Below are positions 58,884-64,000 of a DNA stretch of 64,000 nt, in pieces (position 1 is the stretch's first letter; every line of letters begins with the position of its first letter). A program made the position numbers and the translations under genes. Source of the DNA: Eledone cirrhosa. Lineage: Eukaryota. The stretch lies in NCBI GenBank assembly GCA_964016885.1, contig OZ024756.1:39680001-39744000 (forward strand). Direction: 5' to 3'. The notes under the pieces are model-generated. The model was not told the DNA's origin and made no database searches. It worked only from the letters and a program-made list of their open reading frames with translations.

Positions 58884-59321
58884 TCGAAATATAACAAAAT
58901 AATATAACAGATAAAATCTATGGGGCTGAAAATCATAGACCCGAGGACGACCGACCATCTAGCATCTTCTACTTTAGCCGGTCGCCCTCAAGTACTCTCC
59001 ATAATATTACATCGAGATTGACCATACGGAATGATCTATTCTATCCAGTGGTGAACCAACAAATCTAAATATATATATCAGCCAGTCAAACAAGAGGTTA
59101 TCGAGGCATCTGTCTGATTTCTTCGATTCTATTTAAGTCAATTGATCTTTACAATATAAACAATATGACGTCTGCACAACATATGATACGGTTCAGCAGA
59201 AAACTAAAAACTTTTATTGTGTTACGCGCAGGCTCCATCATATCTGTCAGTTTTTCTGTCTGTCTATCTGTCTGTCCTCTAAATTCTGATTCAATTGATG
59301 GTTGTATTATGGTAGCTACGT

Positions 59322-59477
59322 AGGTAAAATGGTTGTTGTGTGGTAGATATGTAAGTAAAATGGTTGTTGTGTGGTAGATATGTAAGTAAAATAGTTGTTG
59401 TGTGGTAGATATGTAAGTAAAATGGTTGTTGTGTGGTAGATATGTAAAATGGTGGTTGTGTGGTAGATATGTAAATA
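59322..59477. repeat. 31-bp minisatellite, about 5 units
   Basis: atggttgttgtgtggtagatatgtaagtaaa. Confidence 0.9.
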
Positions 59478-59926
59478 AGATGCTTGGTTCTCACATGTAC
59501 AATATATTAAGTTGAAAAACGTACACAGACTGGTTTTATCCCAGCAATTAGAAGACAAAGGCTCCTTCTAAGAAGTGATCAAAATATAAATATTTAGTAG
59601 AATGTCACGTGTGTGATATAGGGAGTAAAAAACATCAGCTGACATTATCTCAGCAATTAGTAGAGAAAAACTCTATGTAGGGGTGTTTAAAATCTAAAAC
59701 CAACCCCAGTTATAGGTCTCCTCAGTCGTGATAGGCCAGACGTGGGGTTCAGCAACAACAACAACAGCAACAACAATTATATGTGTGTTGTGTGAGAATA
59801 CAATTGGTCTGGTCAAACCTGATCGAGAAGACTTATGACTAAAGTGATGGTCATCAGTTTTTTTTTTATTTATTCAGAATATCTATGGCTACTATTTCTA
59901 GCACGTCAAGTGAGGACCACATTAAG

Positions 59927-60021
<95 letters not shown>

Positions 60022-60524
60022 TACACACACACACACACACACAAGTTGACTGGATGCCTCCTTGTCTGATATACGTTGGTTCATAAATTATGTATTTGTC
60101 TTTGTAATTACTCGATATTTTGTAGCCAGCTATTTTTAAAAACCGCAAAAGCTGAAATATGCTAATAAATATTATAATAGAAAAATAAATATATAAATTA
60201 TGCATTGTTTATTTCTATCTCAAAGGAAGTCTGGGACACGAAATATTTTTGTTGTCAGTAATATATACTAATCTACTATAATTCTCTTTCATACTGAATT
60301 GTGATTCTTGCAAGTTCGAATTCTAGTGATTAGTTTCATATTTGTTGTTGTTGTTGTTGTTGCTTACACTCTTTCCTGTTTAACACCTAAGAGAGAAGAC
60401 CTACAACTATTGTTACCTGGTTTTATTTAGTCCCAGGTCAATGCTGTTTGATTAAACCTGCAACTATTGTTACCTGGTTTTATTTAGTCCCAGATCAATC
60501 CTGTTTGATCAAACCTGCAAAGTG

Positions 60525-60996
60525 TCGGACATGCTTTCCAGCATAGTTACGTCCCTTTACGATCTGAGTTCAAATCCCGCCGAGGTTAACTTTGCCTTTC
60601 ATCCTTACGGGGTCGATAAAATAAAGTACCAGTAAGGTACTGGGTAATTGCCCAAAGTAAAAACAATTGCTACCTGGTTTTATTTAGTCTCAGGTCAAAC
60701 CTGATCAAACCTACAATTGTTGTTAATTTTTATTACAAGGGCGGTGGATTGGCAGAATCGGTAGAGCGTCGGACAAAAGGCTTTGCAGTATTTAGTTACG
60801 TCCCTTTACGTTCTGAGTTCAAATCCTGTCGAGGTTAGCTTTGCCTTTCACTTGTGTTTTCTACGGCGCTCAACCGATTCTGTCAAACAGAAATACATGA
60901 ATTAAATTTATTGCATTCGAAATATACTCCATAACTTAAGACCTTTTAATATTAAGCTACTGAGGGCGATAAAATAAAGTACCAGTAATGCACTGG
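60525..60996 (+). mobile_element. SINE copies (60525-60668; 60739-60996 interrupted by a foreign ~115-bp segment)
   Basis: B-box and core present. The second copy is split at 60850-60966. Confidence 0.8.
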
Positions 60997-61619
60997 TGTG
61001 GTGGCGGCGGCGGTGGCGGAATAAGTGGACGAAGAAGATACTATATTTTTTCATTATTTTCGAAAACATCTACATCTGTAAATTGTAGTGAGAATGTCCG
61101 GATTCTTTTAATCTAAATTATGTTTCTATCTCCTCCGCCATCTCATAATTGTAGAAGTAAGTCTTCAGTCAAAGAAGCTTTATCCTGCTTTCCAATTTCT
61201 CAATACATTTCTTTAAATAGAATTTCCGGAGTGAAAGGAAATGGTTTCATTGAATAATTCCGTTCTATTATTTATTTACATTATTTGTGCAGCTTAAAAA
61301 GTTCTCGACCGTGTAAAGTGATATTATATTGGTTTTTACTCGGTTCATCGCACAAAAAGACAAAATATATAATATAAGGGTCGCGAGTAACGATATAATA
61401 GTCAAGATTACAATATTACGATATAATAGTTAAGATTACAGCTTCATATCTAAAGGTGTTTGTGGCCAAACTTTCATTTAGCTCTCAACACTCATCAATG
61501 AAAGAAATACATATGGCTGCCTGGTTAAACTGTTTGATTTGCTATCGTGTAATTACGAATTCGATCAAACAGATCAGCCAGGTGTATGCTACCGTAGTCT
61601 TAGCTCTACATAAGTGTTA

Positions 61620-61837
61620 ATATTGGTTTCTAGTATAGGCACAAGGCCAGTAATTTGGTGGGAGGGGAAAGTCGATTAAATCGACCCAGTACATTACTGG
61701 TACTTTATTTTATCGACCCCGCAAGGATGAAAGGCAAAGTTAACCTCAGCGGGATTTGAACTCAGAACGTAAAGAGACGTAACTATGTTGGAAAGCATGG
61801 CGTCCGACCCTCTACCGATTCTGTCAATCCACCGCCC
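61620..61837 (-). mobile_element. tRNA-derived SINE, long-tail form
   Basis: Full copy flanked by agtgttaata direct repeats. Confidence 0.9.
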
Positions 61838-62020
61838 TCAGTGTTAATAATGAAAATGGGTAGAAAGAAACTAAGATGACCTACAACCGACGCATTTGAG
61901 AGGTTATGATGGCAGCTCTAATACTCCTGCATCCAGCATCTATAAGATGACCGAAATTGTAGTTCGGATATGTAATCCTTATTTCATTTACACATCAATA
62001 AACATGATGCAGTTATGAAT

Positions 62021-62945
62021 GCATCCTATCCCCCTCCCGCCATTCTTCTGTGACCCTAGAGCATCCTATCCCCCTCCCGCCATTCTTCTGTGACCCTATG
62101 CATCCTATCCCCCTCCCGCCATTCTTCTGTGACCCTAGAGCATCCTATCCCCCTCAAGCCATTCTTCTGTGACCCTAGAGCATCCGATCCCCCTCCCGCC
62201 ATTCTTATGTGACCCTAGAGCATCCTATCCCCCTCCAGCCATTCTTCTGTGACCCTAGAGCATCCGATCCCCCTCCCGCCATTCTTATGTGACCCTAGAG
62301 CATCCGATCCCCCTCCAGCCATTCTTCTGTGACCCTAGAGCATCCTATCCCGCTCCTGCCATTCTTCTGTGACCCTAGAGCATCCTATCCCCCTCCCGCC
62401 ATTCTTCTGTGACCCTAGAGCATCCTATCCCCCTCCCGCCATTCTTCTGTGACCCTAGAGCATCCTATCCCCCTCAAGCCATTCTTCTGTGACCCTAGAG
62501 CATCCGATCCCCCTCCCGCCATTCTTCTGTGACCCTAGAGCATCCTATCCCCCTCCAGCCATTCTTCTGTGACCCTAGAGCATCCTATCCCCCTCAAGCC
62601 ATTCTTCTGTGACCCTAGAGCATCCTATCCCCCTCCAGCCATTCTTCTGTGACCCTAGGGCATCCTATCCCTCTCAAGCCATTCTTCTATGACCCTAGAG
62701 CATCCTATCCCCCTCAAGCCATTCTTAGGTGACCCTAGAGCATCCTATCGCCCTCCAGCCATTCTTCTGTGACCCTAGAGCATCCTATCCCCCTCCAGCC
62801 ATTCTTCTGTGACCCTAGAGCATCCTATCCCTCTCAAGCCATTCTTCTATGACCCTAGAGCATCCTATCCCCCTCAAGCCATTCTTCTGTGACCCTAGAG
62901 CATCCTATCCCTCTCAAGCCATTCTTCTGTGACCCTAGAGCCCTA
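62021..62945. repeat. 40-bp minisatellite, about 23 units
   Basis: gcatcctatccccctcccgccattcttctgtgaccctaga with ccc/cag/aag variants. Confidence 0.97.
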
Positions 62946-64000
62946 GGTCAGGCTTCCCTTTTTTTTCAGTTTTTTAATATTTGTAGTTATTTGTCTATAT
63001 ATAAGTTTCTATTAACTATAACTATTCTCTCTTTTTCTTGTTTGAAGCTAAATAAATATTTTATAGAAATACTACTGACATTCCATTGAACAAATTCTTC
63101 TCTAGAACCCCGTTGAATATAGCATAGAATTTTTAGTTTAACACTTACCTTCTGATGCTTTAAAAGGAGTTTTCCCTGGCAGACATACAATTATTTAATC
63201 CGTAAGCATGTTGTAACTACTCCAAAGACTGAGTATTGAACTGAGTGCGGAGTTTGAGCCAGAGATCAGTGTTTATTGGCAAACGACTTCATTCTAATCA
63301 GTCAACTGGCATCCTTTGAATTTTGCCAATCTACTGTCTCGTTCAATGTATAATGAGGTTTTGATATTTGGTTCTCAGACAAATATTTATGCTGACAGTT
63401 TCAGTGGTATTTGGGGAATATTTTCCATCGCAATGCCGTTCTTAATGTACAAAAGTCCAGAATGTTTTATTGGAATAAATATAAAAAGATTCAATATAAT
63501 TTCTCTCCTTTTCAGATTAATTAATCAACTAATATTTTCTAGTTAGTCTTTCCAATACTTTTTATATCGGCAGCAATAGCCAGCAGGCGTTTGGGTAATA
63601 CTGCCAAATTCTTCATTATCTAATTGAATTCAATGCTAGGTTTGAATCATCTTGTCAATAAGATCTGTTTCCATTGTTATCTTGAGCTCAAGAAAATAAG
63701 CATTTGTACATTGTTATCTCTCTTTCAAAGTCAAATCATTATACCTGCTTTGAATACGTCCAGAGTGAATATGAAAAATTCTTTGTTTGTAGCATCAGTT
63801 GCTCTAAAATCGATAAACTACGTGTTAAGAATAATGCTCTTTATATTGTATACATTATACAGTGTTATGGGAGTATCAAGAATCACTCTGTAAACCTCTG
63901 TTGGTTCACTATTGAGCAGATAAAATCTAGTATTCACTTAATGATATATGAATGCCTTTCTCTGCTAGTTATTAGATTTCTTTAACACAAAGTCGAGAGG

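Noticed and set aside
62021-62945. CRISPR-like regular repeat
   Set aside because: No unique spacers, eukaryotic context, no cas genes. It is a tandem minisatellite.

Overview
AT-rich, microsatellite-saturated eukaryotic intergenic/intronic DNA, most likely from an octopus-like cephalopod (inferred from the SINE families and the (TA)n/(CA)n/(GA)n load). No host gene can be called with confidence. Nearly all track ORFs are translations of simple repeats. Conventional content: about 30 copies or fragments of one tRNA-derived SINE family, one CORE-type SINE head, three non-autonomous Helitron-like copies, four small TIR elements, decayed non-LTR fragments (CR1-, CRE-, Hero- and RTE-like) and several minisatellites. 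The standout signal is a swarm of short non-coding elements sitting in (TA)n runs that carry type I hammerhead ribozyme (HHR) motifs of the Penelope-like/retrozyme kind. By eye there are about a dozen complete or near-complete motifs plus many half or degenerate ones. They include U3-A8 compensatory-core variants, long-stem-II variants, two-ribozyme cassettes and copies folded back exactly at the ribozyme stem II loop. All calls were made by eye. Coordinates of repeats may be off by a few bases, and ribozyme activity is untested.
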